DNA of 60,542 bases, filler included, from Squatina squatina (Eukaryota), in the NCBI GenBank assembly GCA_031763465.1. It is 4 parts of 4 records of this genome, joined end to end, with 100 filler letters (N's around TTAATTAATTAA, not from the genome) between each part and the next. Parts side by side here need not be neighbours in the genome. Positions count along the whole stretch, not along the records: positions 30,562 to 46,834 come from JARFOE010000235.1; positions 46,935 to 60,542 come from JARFOE010000192.1; 2 more parts are not named here. The stretch is one strand, 5' to 3'. Positions 37,248 through 49,664 of this stretch are shown here, in pieces (the stretch's first letter is position 1; the number at the start of each line of letters is the position of its first letter). The notes under the pieces were generated by a model that did not search any database, was not told the origin of the DNA, and saw nothing but the letters and a program-made list of their open reading frames with translations. The position numbers and the translations under genes are program-made.

Positions 37248-37490
37248 ACTCTCGCCTATGACTCAGAAGGTTGCAGGTTCAAAGGCCCAGTACAAGGATT
37301 GAGCGCATAATCTCAAAAACAGATCATCAGGTTGGTCACCTCGTTGCTGGTTTGTGGGACCTTGCTGTGTGCAAAATGGCTGCCATGTTTCCTACATTAC
37401 ATCAATTCAAAAGTTCCTCATTGGCTATGAAGTGCTTTGAGGCCGCGCAAAGGTGCTGTATAAATGCAAGTTCTTTCTTGCTTTCTTTCT
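37248..37490 (+). mobile_element. DeuSINE-type SINE, internally deleted
   Basis: tRNA-like head (ctcgcct...tcagaaggttgcaggttcaaa) fused to the 3' half ending gctgtataaatgcaagttctttcttgctttctttct. Confidence 0.7.
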
Positions 37491-37535
37491 AGAGGACATT
37501 ACATCTTAAATCTGTTGTTTTACTTTATTTCTCAG

Positions 37536-37960
37536 CCCATCCCCAACCCATTATTCACGTGAGCCAAGCTGCATACTCCAGCTACCCCAGGAGTACAAGC
37601 CACCGTCTCCGGGCCAGCTTTCAAGGACGCCGCTGCTACTCCGAAGTCAGTGATGCCAAAGTGTACCACCACACAATGCCGTCTCGATTGGCAGCAGATG
37701 ACCAATCCTCGCCAACACATGGGCGATACCTTGCCAGCGATTATCTTAAGGTGCCAGATAGAGCAGACGATGGTCCCATTGATCGGCAGCTAGAGTCCGA
37801 TGATGAGGATTGGATAACCCATAGTCCTCCCGGCACTTTGGACAGGGGAATGAGGAGCACTTCCTCCTGCACGGCGCTTCCTATCCCAGAGAATCACATG
37901 AATAGGGATTCGACGGAATATTCCAGATCGGAGCATGCCCAGTCGTGGCCTTCCATCAAT
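37536..37960 (+). CDS. TBKBP1: TBKBP1 (SINTBAD, TBK1-binding protein 1) penultimate coding exon, 425 nt
   Basis: Acceptor tttatttctcag|CC, donor AAT|gtaggt. HRLRASFQGRRCYSEV...ESDDEDW...SPP...CTALPIPE...SEHAQSWPSIN aligns with remembered human HHVKAGFQGRRSYSEL...SEEDEW...SPP...CAGFPIPE...AEHAQSWPSIN. Confidence 0.88.
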
Positions 37961-38120
37961 GTAGGTCTGCAATTATAATGATCCCAACTGACCTCAATGT
38001 AATGTTGGGCACTCTTCATCNNNNNNNNNNNNNNNNNNNNNNNNNNNNNNNNNNNNNNNNNNNNNNNNNNNNNNNNNNNNNNNNNNNNNNNNNNNNNNNN
38101 NNNNNNNNNNNNNNNNNNNN

Positions 38121-38340
38121 TAGCGCCATGGGATCTTTTACGTCCACCTGAGAGAGCAGACGGGACCTCGGTTTGAACGCCTAATCCGAAAGATGGCACC
38201 TCCGACAGTGCAGCACTCCCTCAGCACTGCACTGGACTATCAGCCTAGATTTTTGTGCTCGGGTCTCTAGAGTGGGACTTTGAACCCACAACCTTCTGAT
38301 CCAGAGGCGAGTGTGTTACCCACTGAGCCACAGCTGACAG
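38121..38340 (-). mobile_element. tRNA-derived DeuSINE (SacSINE1-like) 5' half
   Basis: Minus strand has box A TGGCTCAGTGGG and box B GGTTCAAAGTCC, then gtgcagtgctgagggagtgctgcactgtcggaggtgcc...aaaagatcccatggcgcta. Confidence 0.8.
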
Positions 38341-39759
38341 TCAAAGGCAATTCTAAGTGAGCATGAGCAAGTTTACACCCGGGGAAATGCCACTTATATG
38401 ATATAAGAGTTGGCTGATAACAAGTTGCAAGACTTGAAGATGAATCAAGCGCTTTTAATGCGATCATAAACATGAAGGTCGGGTTACGTGGTAGCAAGGT
38501 TCCTGAGATTGCATTACAGTCAATAACATGCTCCCAGCCAACTGTTGTTTCCTATAATGTATGCATGACTGTGAGAGGCTTTAAATTTGAACAGTTGGCT
38601 GGTTTACCAATTCTCATCTTCCGCTCCACCGCCAAATGTTGCTGTTAGGGTTTCTGCCTTCCGTGCCCCCTGGGGAATTTTACCATTCGCTTTGCATTTT
38701 GCACTCTGCCAGAAAATTTTTGCTGTCCATTTTGTATCTTTTATTTCCACTGCTTGCTTCTTAACTTTCTGCTGTCAAGCGGATTGACGTCATGTGACGG
38801 GAAAAGAGGCTCAAAGCACAATTAGAGTGATGAAAGCCCCTTCCATGTGAGAGGATAGACCATAGAGATACAGGACATTGTTGCTGCACATGACACAGGT
38901 ATTTATGGTCTTGTACATGTTATAGTGACATCATTGTCTCCAGCTGAAGTGATACATTCTGGCTATGACCACAATGTTATAACTTACGAGCTCAGTTCCT
39001 AAATGCACAGCGCAATGCGACCCTGAACCACAGACCAGGAATAGCCCAGGTTCGACCGTTTGTCTGTGCTGATTTAACTGACCTCAGCCAAGGAGGTATT
39101 TGGGGCAGCTCAATTGGCCCTGGGCTGAGGGTTATGGCAAAAAATTAAGCCAATATCCTGGAAAATTGGCGTGAAAGCCATGCGTTTGTGTGATCAATTG
39201 TCCGAACATCAGTTGTAAATTTGTTTTTTTTTTGTTAGTTTGCCCATCATTTTTAACTTGAAGTAGGGGTCTGGAATGAACCTTTTCTATAAATACTTTC
39301 TATTTGTCTGTAACCTGTTAATGATAAAAGATTTGGTCCCTCTCCAGACAACTGGAAGTTCCTGGGTCACAGAGGCGCTGGGCGACAGAGTTACATTTCA
39401 TTGTATAGACAGCATTTTCTTTTAAAGAATGGGCATCTAAAGCCTGCATTTCTGTTCTCCTTAGCAGCGCTAGGATGTCCCTGCTCCTGCTCACCTGTAT
39501 TCAGTGGTGCACTCAGCGCAAGCCCCTCTAACTAACTATCTGTACCACACAGGGTGCCACTTTCTGTGCCTGTGCTTTCACCCCTCAGTTTGTGTGGCAG
39601 CTGGACCTGAGTCATTTGAAGGACCGAGACAAAGGGCAGAGAGATAAAGATTAGTACACCAGTTGAGTGGGAACACAATTCAGCAGCAGCTAAGTGTGTG
39701 CGTGTCTGTGCGCGCACATGTGTGAGTGATTATGTGAACATTAAGAAAAAAGAAAGAGA

Positions 39760-39940
39760 AGCCACTCAAACACTTTGTTGTGCATCGCCTCCAACCTGAT
39801 CATTTCCAAAGCTTTGTGCACTCTCTCTGCCATGATGTTGATGGCAGCCTCGTCCATTGGTGTCAGTGTAGGTAAAGTGGTAGGAGCACCCCACATTCTT
39901 GTACTCTCCCTTCTGTTATGTGCCAAAATCTCCTGCAAGA
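39760..39940 (-). mobile_element. PIF/Harbinger Myb-protein second-exon remnant
   Basis: Acceptor ttcttgcag| then EILAHNRRESTRMWGAPTTLPTLTPMDEAAINIM, resembling the EKxAHNRRE...GGG...LTPxEE segment that follows the Myb domain. Confidence 0.6.
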
Positions 39941-42650
39941 AAAGTCAAAGTTGGTTAATATGTGCCCTGTTTAAGTGTTTCNNNNNNNNNNNNNNNNNNN
40001 NNNNNNNNNNNNNNNNNNNNNNNNNNNNNNNNNNNNNNNNNNNNNNNNNNNNNNNNNNNNNNNNNNNNNNNNNNNNNNNNNNNNNNNNNNNNNNNNNNNN
40101 NNNNNNNNNNNNNNNNNNNNNNNNNNNNNNNNNNNNNNNNNNNNNNNNNNNNNNNNNNNNNNNNNNNNNNNNNNNNNNNNNNNNNNNNNNNNNNNNNNNN
40201 NNNNNNNNNNNNNNNNNNNNNNNNNNNNNNNNNNNNNNNNNNNNNNNNNNNNNNNNNNNNNNNNNNNNNNNNNNNNNNNNTCTTTTGTAGGAAAAGGTGA
40301 TTCGAAAGAGTGTGTCTGACATACACACAGGCTCACCATGGTCAAACATCTGCTTAAAACATCTTATTTTAAAATTGCCTTTCCCATGTGCTGCAAACTC
40401 GTAAGAATAATAGACTTACTTAATTAATCAGCATGGCTGAAAGTTCTCCATCTTTTCATGAAGCCAGAATCCGTTATTTTTGCAGATGATTTTACATCTT
40501 TTATAGATTGTTTTACTGGAGGGAAAAAACTGGAATAATCCAAAAATAATAATCTTGAAAGAAATTTTCATTAATAAGAAAGGTTTTGCAATTAGTGACA
40601 CGTTTGTTCAGTCTTTCAATGCACCTGACCGCCGTATGGTAAAATGAAATATTAGTTCACAGCTGCATTCAGTAGGACCCATATTAATTTCTATTGCCAT
40701 TTTAAGCAATAATAATCCCGGGATTGATATTCAAGTGAAGATATGTGCATCTCAGTGGGAAGTAAGCAGTGTACAGGGTCTGATGGATTGTATACTGATG
40801 TGTAACTAAACACATTTCAAATGTTTATCATAAGAATTGTTAGAAACAGGAATAGGCCATAAGGCCCAATAATCCTTTCTTTTTGAGATGGACCAGCCTT
40901 ACATACCCACCTCCTGATCCTATCTCCCTCCAGAAAGGCATCTATTTGCTCTTGAACTCCTGTATACTGCCCTGCCTTGTAACCTTTTGCAAACGTCGAT
41001 TAGCTTTAGGGTGAAAAAGTTCTGCCTGACTTTCCTTCTAACTCCTAACTTCCTGGTATGTGAACGCTTCAATGTCCCTAACCTCTCAATGCTGACAGGT
41101 GATGTCTCATCAGATGTTGAGTTTGTGAGGAGGCCTGGTATCTCGAACAGTTTATTTCATTCTCAACAAAAGGGCTGTGAGCTACAGTCGCAGGGACTCG
41201 TCAACCCAGTTCAGGCATCTCAGCTTCACAGATTTTGTTAATTTGTGACAGGATCTCAGGAGAACATGTGAAGGAGATCTTCTTTAAAAGCAAGGGAAGG
41301 AAAGAAAACTTTTACCCATCTCCTCCCATTCATATTGCGTCTTCTGCTTCATGTACGTCAGAGGAAAAGAAAGGCCATCATCATATGGTTCATTCGAATT
41401 GTGCCTCTTGTCGACTCTTTGCAACATTGACACTGATTGTTAAGAAATGTTTATGACCACTCGGGGAGGAAGACTCATGGTGACGAGTGGTGCACATCAC
41501 AGATGAATAGACTAACATGGCCACAATATGATAATACTGGGGCTGCTCTCTACAAGTGGGCATACAGCACGCTTGTTTTGTACAAAGCGTAATTGGGCCG
41601 AACTTGTAACCTTAGGAGTGAAGAAGGGAACTGCGTTGAACCTGGAACATTTTCCACAATATTTAACCTCTTCAGCATGATCCCCTTGTGTCTGATGAAT
41701 CCACTTGCTCCCCAGGAAATGTCTACATATTTCAACAGAAACCTAACTGAAACCATCTCAAAATGTCAAAGTAGGTAGAAAATGAGGCTCCTGATTATTT
41801 TTTTCTTCCTATTTCCAATGAGTTAGTGAGAGTCTTTAAAGGCAGCTTCAAATTCTACTGAAATGCCAAAATACACTTGTTGGGCGCTGCCTACGAACTG
41901 TGATCATTTTTACAATTGTGCTAATATTATGCTAGCTAAAGACTCGACAACTCTGATTATGTTACTGTGAACCTTTTTCTCTCTGCAGTGTGCAACAACC
42001 TGCTGGCATGTGCTTGTGGTAATATCAATATTATGAGGGATTTACTCACCAGACTTTCAGGTCCAGTCTCTGACTGGGTAGATATCACAGGGACATTTTC
42101 TAGAAGTGGGATAGAATGGACGTGTGTTTTCCAATTTTTATGCAAGTTTGGTAATTGGATAATGTGTTATCCTCACAGGCTCTTGTCATGTATTATATGT
42201 AGACTCACTTCATCTCGACTTGCTCTTTTCCAGTCTAGATGAGCAGGCTAAACAATGAGTAGCAGCAAGATATGGAGTTTATCCCATATCCAAGAATGTT
42301 TTAAACTTAAAACTAAGATGTCTTCTATTTTATATTCTCATATGGTCTGATTAGGATCAGATCTTCAGATACAGTTATTAAATTTTACACAAAGTGAGGT
42401 GGGACACATACTGAAGGTAGTTCAGATCTTTATATTGTCAGGAACCAGCTATCACAAGAACAGAATGCAAATGTTGGTCAGTTGCTATGTTACCTCACCT
42501 GGGTTCTCTATACATGCTTTGTTAAAGCTATGGAACTTTCTATGTAGTCTGAATATTTATTGTCTCATTATATTTTGTAACATTCAAGTCCGTCCATTTT
42601 GCATAAACCATCGTCAAGTGCACAGATTTACAGATTTTAAAATTAGACTA

Positions 42651-43055
42651 AGAAAAACTTGCATTTCTATAGAGCCATCCATGATCTCAGGACATCCCAA
42701 AGCACTTTACAGCCAATGAAGTATTTTGAAGTTTAGCCACTGTTATAACGTAGGAAACACGACAGCCAATCATGCAAACAGCGAGCTCCCACAAACAGCA
42801 ATGCGACGATTTCCAGAACGTTTTTTTTTAATGTGATGTTGGTTGAGGGATAAGTATTAACCAGGACACCAGGGAACACTCCCCTGTTCTTCTCTGAAAT
42901 AGTGCCTTTTACATCCACCTGAGGGCAGACAGGGCCTGGGTCTAATGTCTCATCTGACAGTGCAGCACTCCTTCAGTGCTGCACTGGGAGCATCAGCCTA
43001 GATTTTGTGCTCAAGTCTCTAAGTGGGATTTGAACCCACAACCTTCGGACTCAGA
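42651..43055 (-). mobile_element. Near full-length DeuSINE-type SINE
   Basis: Head, central domain and tail all present and collinear with the other copies. Confidence 0.82.
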
Positions 43056-43404
43056 GTTTATCAGCCCGGGTGGCTTTCAACCAGGAAGTTGGTTGAGTAA
43101 TACAGGTGCGTCCAGGTAAAGACATACCCAATCCTAAAACAACTAACCACTGCATCTTGGCTTGCTTCTTCGAACCTGGTGGTATCCTGCACTCTGGGTC
43201 TTGGCCCTTGGCTTAGAATCCTTAATAAGAAATAGCATCACCAAAATGTCAGCTCACTTTTCACTATTTCATTCCCTTCAATTAAAAAAACCCTCCTGAT
43301 ACAGAAGTGAACTGCAACACTGCCCTTGCATCTCCGGAACCTTGTCTTGAAGTCAGACAGAGCCACCTGTACCTGGTAGCAGCTGGGAAGATTCAATAAT
43401 AACA

Positions 43405-43824
43405 CAAGAACATAGGAAATAGGAGCAGGAGTAGGCCATATGGCCCCTCGAGCCTGCTGCACCATTTAATAAGATTATGGCTAATCTTTGACCTCAACTT
43501 CACATTCCCACCTGATTCCCATAGCCCTCGATTCCCCTGGAGTGTAAAAAACAATCTCAGTTTTAAATATGCTCAATGACTGAGCATTCACAGTCCTCTG
43601 GGGTTGAAAGTTCCAAAGGTTGCACAACCCTCTGAGTGAAGAAACTTTTCCACATCTCAGTCTTAAATGGCCGACCCCTTATCCTGAGACTATTCCCCCC
43701 TGGTTCTAGACTCTCCAGCCAGGGAAAACAATAGCTCAGCATCTACCCTGCCAAGCCCCCTCAGAATCTTACATGTCTCACTAAGATCACTTCTCATTCT
43801 TTTAAACTCCAGAGAATATAGACC
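43405..43824 (-). mobile_element. CR1 LINE 3' end
   Basis: GLYSLEFKRMRSDLSETCKILRGLGRVDAELLFSLAGESRTRG followed by CR1 3' UTR and (TTCCTATG)-like tail. Confidence 0.88.
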
Positions 43825-46800
43825 NNNNNNNNNNNNNNNNNNNNNNNNNNNNNNNNNNNNNNNNNNNNNNNNNNNNNNNNNNNNNNNNNNNNNNNNNNNN
43901 NNNNNNNNNNNNNNNNNNNNNNNNNNNNNNNNNNNNNNNNNNNNNNNNNNNNNNNNNNNNNNNNNNNNNNNNNNNNNNNNNNNNNNNNNNNNNNNNNNNN
44001 NNNNNNNNNNNNNNNNNNNNNNNNNNNNNNNNNNNNNNNNNNNNNNNNNNNNNNNNNNNNNNNNNNNNNNNNNNNNNNNNNNNNNNNNNNNNNNNNNNNN
44101 NNNNNNNNNNNNNNNNNNNNNNNNNNNNNNNNNNNNNNNNNNNNNNNNNNNNNNNNNNNNNNNNNNNNNNNNNNNNNNNNNNNNNNNNNNNNNNNNNNNN
44201 NNNNNNNNNNNNNNNNNNNNNNNNNNNNNNNNNNNNNNNNNNNNNNNNNNNNNNNNNNNNNNNNNNNNNNNNNNNNNNNNNNNNNNNNNNNNNNNNNNNN
44301 NNNNNNNNNNNNNNNNNNNNNNNNNNNNNNNNNNNNNNNNNNNNNNNNNNNNNNNNNNNNNNNNNNNNNNNNNNNNNNNNNNNNNNNNNNNNNNNNNNNN
44401 NNNNNNNNNNNNNNNNNNNNNNNNNNNNNNNNNNNNNNNNNNNNNNNNNNNNNNNNNNNNNNNNNNNNNNNNNNNNNNNNNNNNNNNNNNNNNNNNNNNN
44501 NNNNNNNNNNNNNNNNNNNNNNNNNNNNNNNNNNNNNNNNNNNNNNNNNNNNNNNNNNNNNNNNNNNNNNNNNNNNNNNNNNNNNNNNNNNNNNNNNNNN
44601 NNNNNTCTGGTTCCCTTAGTATCATCAGTTACAGTCACGCGCGCGTGTTTATATCTGTGTACACACTCGAGCCTGCATAGGAGCCCCGTGCATTCCATCT
44701 CCATTTCCATGTGCCCATTCACCTCATATTATACTTTCTGATGATTTAACACAAGCCTCGTCTCAGCTGGTGCCGAATTCTCACACCACTGGGTGTGACT
44801 GCTATTACTGCAGTACCTGTGAGGGGGTAGATGCAGGCAGTGTCAGATGGGGTGCTAATGGGAATCATTTCAATAGGATCATTATCACAAACAAGTGTCA
44901 GATTCCTCGTTGGTGCTCTGGTGCAGAGCTGTCTGTTCCATATGGAACACCTGACTGCCCTCATTTTCAAAGATCTAAAGATGTCTGATGAAAGCAGATT
45001 AATTAACTGTGTGGAGATGGTGTCCTTTTTGTAATCTTAAATGGGAAATGTTGGAATTCAAAAGTTGAGAGATTTCTTTCAAACTTTATATGAACACATG
45101 AAAATGATGGGCAGGAAAAGACCAGCTGGTCCACCAAGCATGCCTCACACATGGAGCATCAGGACTAGACGCTTCCTAATCCCTCATTGCCCCCCTCCAC
45201 CTTCTTTCCCCCCGACCCCATCACAGGTTTGTAACCTCCTGGGAGAGGCAAGAACANNNNNNNNNNNNNNNNNNNNNNNNNNNNNNNNNNNNNNNNNNNN
45301 NNNNNNNNNNNNNNNNNNNNNNNNNNNNNNNNNNNNNNNNNNNNNNNNNNNNNNNNTCAGAGGCAAGAGTGCTACCCAATGAGCCACGGCTGAAACAATT
45401 ACAACTAAAATTATCGGACAAGCGTGTGCAATCCCGTGTACAGTCTGAAAACTGGTGTTGCCACTGTTAACATGTTCATATGACATTTCTTTGTCTGCTG
45501 TTTTGATTCTGTAACCCATTTATTTTAAATGGTATAATAGTTCCGCTGCAATAACGGATGGTCAAATCAGCACATTAAGCATTCACCCTACCATAGAGAG
45601 ATATATTGGCTACAGTAATTTCTAGTTTATCAGTGAGTGTTTTACAAATAAAATTATTTGATGTCTGCGATTTCACTTCCTCTGGTTAACAATAAATGGA
45701 TACTCAGGGATATTAAAATAACTCCCAAAGGAATTTTACCTCAATGTATTAATCAGCATCAGAGGAAATTAGCATCCCCCACCGGTCTACCTCCACTGTT
45801 ACCTCATACTTTCAATCCAATCATTTCAATAAAACATTGCAATAAAATATCCGTTGTGTGAAATCAATCTACGCTTTAAAAAATAGACAATAAATGGTTA
45901 GAGATTATTGTTTTGTGATTATAGTGTATGAACACAACACATTCATATGATACTCTTCTGTTATTTTAATGGAGGTGTTAACCTGTTTTAAATGAGGTGA
46001 CACCTCTGTTAAAATAGCAGAGGAATGTCTAAACGAATGTGCTAAGTGTCTGTACACCAATATCGCTCACACTGATTTCTAAACTATCTGGGAATAAGGT
46101 GCAGGACTGAAATGAAAATAGGGTTGCCCACTCCAGGAATGCAACCAACTTTCATGACAGTCTGGCACCTTATTCCCAGGTATCCATTATTCTCTGGAAG
46201 TTTCATCACCTGACCACCCCGCCCCCACACTCCCGCCATTGGTTCATCCTCCGGGCCCACTGTCTTCCCATGGCCAATGGGAAATGGAACAGATTCTATG
46301 TTACCCAGTTGGATTCATCTTGACTCTTAGTGAAACAGACATTTTTTGCTCCATCTCTGTTATGTACTGGGAATGGGTTTTGACTTTATGCAATGTCTCA
46401 GGAACAAGGTTGTGGCTTTGCTAGGTACAACTACGGTACCTCCAGTGGGTGGAGTGTAAAGCCAGGTGATTCCTGTAAGCCTGCCCCTCTTACTCTCTCT
46501 CTTCAGCTCTCTCCGTCCAGAGACTCCTGGAGCTCACCTGAGCCAGGAGCCCTGCTGGAGTCAGAGCAGTGCTACTTGATGTGAAGTTATATAGAGGCCC
46601 AGCCTAGAGATCAGGTTAGTCTAGAGCTGGAGCATCTGTTAGGCACTGCGTCGACTAAGTTATTCCAGCTCCACTCTGCATGCGATGCATAAAACTGGCC
46701 ACGAGGATTGGAGTTACAAAACAAAATCGAACCAAGTCCGAGTATGAGCTGGAGAGGAAAGCAAACAAATCAGCAGGCCAGCCAGCAGCGAAACGCCACG

Positions 46801-46834
46801 CACCACAAAGTTCAACACGCCAAGAGCCTGCCCG

Positions 46835-46934
46835 NNNNNNNNNNNNNNNNNNNNNNNNNNNNNNNNNNNNNNNNNNNNTTAATTAATTAANNNNNNNNNN
46901 NNNNNNNNNNNNNNNNNNNNNNNNNNNNNNNNNN
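46835..46934. other. Artificial scaffold-joining linker
   Basis: 44 N + TTAATTAATTAA (46879-46890) + 44 N. Confidence 0.95.
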
Positions 46935-47959
46935 TCTTTCCTCTTAACCTTTGTTCTTATGAAAGAGACCATTTCTCTTGTCTCCTCATAACTAAAGTCC
47001 CTCATCCTATATGTGGCATGTCATACTTGATTTTGGGAACCAGAAAAAGTGAACTAAATCATTGATGTTCAGAGGAAGGTTTTGTTCCTTATTATTATTT
47101 AAACTATGAAATGTTTTTTTTCTTTCTCTAAACTCCAATTCTACATTCCAACATTCAGAATTAGAGATTAGCAGGAAACACTTGCAGATGTCATATAAAA
47201 GAGGTGGGTATTTTGCCAATCCTTGAATGTCCCAGTGGAGTCAAAGGATTGCCTCTGCTCTGTGGGCAATTTCTGCCGTCTACAGCCTTATTAGGGTGGG
47301 GGACGGACAAAATCTGGAAGTTATTAGGGAGGGACTAAAGTCTCACAGTAGGGACAGGTGTGGAAATACTGGAGAAGATGGCAGTATGTAGAGGACAGAG
47401 TGCCAGGGTGTGTTAGAATTTGGGGGTAGTTAGGCGGCTTCTTACAGCATGGGGCACGCCAACACTGACTGAAACACAGTCTGTCCTCAGGTGCTCTCAA
47501 TGCATTTTCACCAGTCAGTCTCAAAATGAAAACCAGGCATTGATAGCCTTTAGGATCGATCCGAGGTTCCTTCATTACTCTGATAAAGTTAACAATGAGG
47601 TTCAACTAGTCTAAGGAGGGCTATGGGTAGTGCCCGACTTGGAATATGGATCATCATCTGTGCAATACAAGTTTGAATAACGTAGATTGTGATGCTTAAT
47701 TTGATATCCTTGTGCTTTCCTTAGATGACCTCACAGGGTAGCAGGGAAATAAAATCATAATTTTCTTCCTCTTGGAAGTTTTATGCTGTTGTTATTTGTG
47801 TTTATTGTGAGATTTGACTAATTACAGAGAGTCTTTGATATCACAAATTGGATGTGCTGCATTAACAAGGCAGCCTCGATAGGTTGGAGGCCTTTACATT
47901 ATTCCAAACTTTCTTGTGTTCTGATGACGTTTTTGGCCACCAGGAATTTTTTTAAATTA

Positions 47960-48270
47960 TCATTCTATTGATGTGGGCATTGCTGGTAAGGCCGGCATTT
48001 ATTGTCCATCCCTAGTTTCCCTTGAGAAGGTGGTGACGAGCTGCCTTCTTGAACCGTTGCAGTCCATTGTGGTGAAGATACTCTCACAGTGCTGTTAGAG
48101 AGGGAGTTCCAGGATTTTGACCCAGTGTCAATGAAGGAATGGCAATATATTTTCAAGTCAGGATGGTGTGTGTGACTTGGAGGGGAACTTGCAGGTGACG
48201 GTATTCCCATGCGCCTGCTGCCCTTTTCCTTCTAGGTGGTAGAGGTCATGGGTTTTGGAGGTGCTGTGAG
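47960..48270 (-). mobile_element. 3' end of an abundant LINE family (CR1/L2 group)
   Basis: Reverse complement of the segments at 51170-51367 and 51468-51680 (gggtcaaaatcctggaactccct...cagcggttcaagaaggc...caataaa). Confidence 0.7.
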
Positions 48271-48939
48271 TTTAGTAATCGTGGCTATCATCACTGTTTT
48301 GGGAACTGTTCATCGATCAGGCCTTTCCTTTTATTGTTCTTGCTTGTAAGGTCTCACTTGGGTTATGAAAAGAAAAAAGAGATTGCAGATGGATGTTGCC
48401 TGGAACTGAGATTTTGTACTGAAATTCACTCCTTCCTTACACCATGAAAAAAGGAAAGACTTTTCCTCAGAAACACATTATTGAAAGCCTCCTGAAAATC
48501 CACATTCAGTGTACGCTACATCTACTGCATTCCCTTTGTCTATTTAATCGGTCACAGAGATCGATAGATTTCTAGATATTAAAGACATCAAGGGATATGG
48601 GGATAGTGCAGGAAAATGGAGTTGAAGTAGAAGATCAGTCATGATCATATTGAATGTCGGAGCAGTCTCAAGGGGCTGAATGGCCCNNNNNNNNNNNNNN
48701 NNNNNNNNNNNNNNNNNNNNNNNNNNNNNNNNNNNNNNNNNNNNNNNNNNNNNNNNNNNNNNNNNNNNNNNNNNNNNNNNNNNNNNTTACACTCTCCCAT
48801 CAAGTGTGCTACAGGCCAATGCTTTCTGGGCAAGCTTCCCATGTGTGTGGAGCCTATTTAAATTAGTGCAAAAATTGGTGCAGCCTACTGTGAGCTCCTG
48901 TGAGACTCTCAGAGCTGAGGCTTATAGAAATGCAAGTTA

Positions 48940-49100
48940 GTCCTTTCTTTCCTTTCTTTCTCTTCCTCTTTTGCTTGCACTCTCTTTTTCTCTTGCTCAC
49001 TTTCTCTCTCTCTTTTGCTTTCTCTCTCTTCTGCTTTCTCACTTCCACTCTCCCTCTCATTCTCTTTTCTCCTTTCTATTTTTCCCTCCTTCTCTCATGT
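48940..49100 (+). repeat. Pyrimidine-rich (TC) low-complexity tract
   Basis: Near-continuous C/T sequence. Confidence 0.85.
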
Positions 49101-49651
49101 TACTTGAATGAAATGGACAGGACACATGTCCCATTGTAGGAGCTGAGCAAATAAGGTGATATTTAAAAAAAGAACCCGCATGCTCTCTGTATGAATACTT
49201 TCCATTAATAATATTTAGCTGTAGAGTTGCCTCCAATTTAAGAGAAGTATGGTCGAACCCGTCCAGTCAATGTTTCCTGTTTTTGTTAAGCAATCAGGCC
49301 ATCCTTTAATTCCAGCATGTCAGCTTTAGGCAATCAATCACTCTGATAAAATGCGTCCTTCTGGCACTCAAAGGCTAAGCTGTTTTTGAACACATTGTTT
49401 TAGTTACTGGCCTGTTACTTTATGTGCACACATTAAATGTGGAGTGAAGGCTTTTACTGCTTTACTGGGAATATGAACTGCAATATAACCTTTGAAGAGA
49501 AAGTTCAGTAACAAGTTTATTTCCCCATTTATCTTGCTAAAGCCCTCCGCCTTCCCTTTAAATGTTACTCCCATCGGATCTGATCAAAGACCACAGAATA
49601 AATGAAAACCACAGCATTGTGCAAACAGCACTTGTCTTGTTTATCCTCCCG

Positions 49652-49664
49652 CCACTAGGTGGCA
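49652..49664 (+). promoter_or_regulatory. CTCF consensus motif
   Basis: CCACTAGGTGGCA matches the CTCF core CCASYAGRKGGCR in apparently unique sequence. Confidence 0.55.

Noticed and set aside
38270-38340. tRNA gene
   Set aside because: Box A/B belong to a SINE head that continues into the SINE body.
43690-44722. ORFs of more than 300 aa, also those at 39775-40349
   Set aside because: Almost entirely N gaps.
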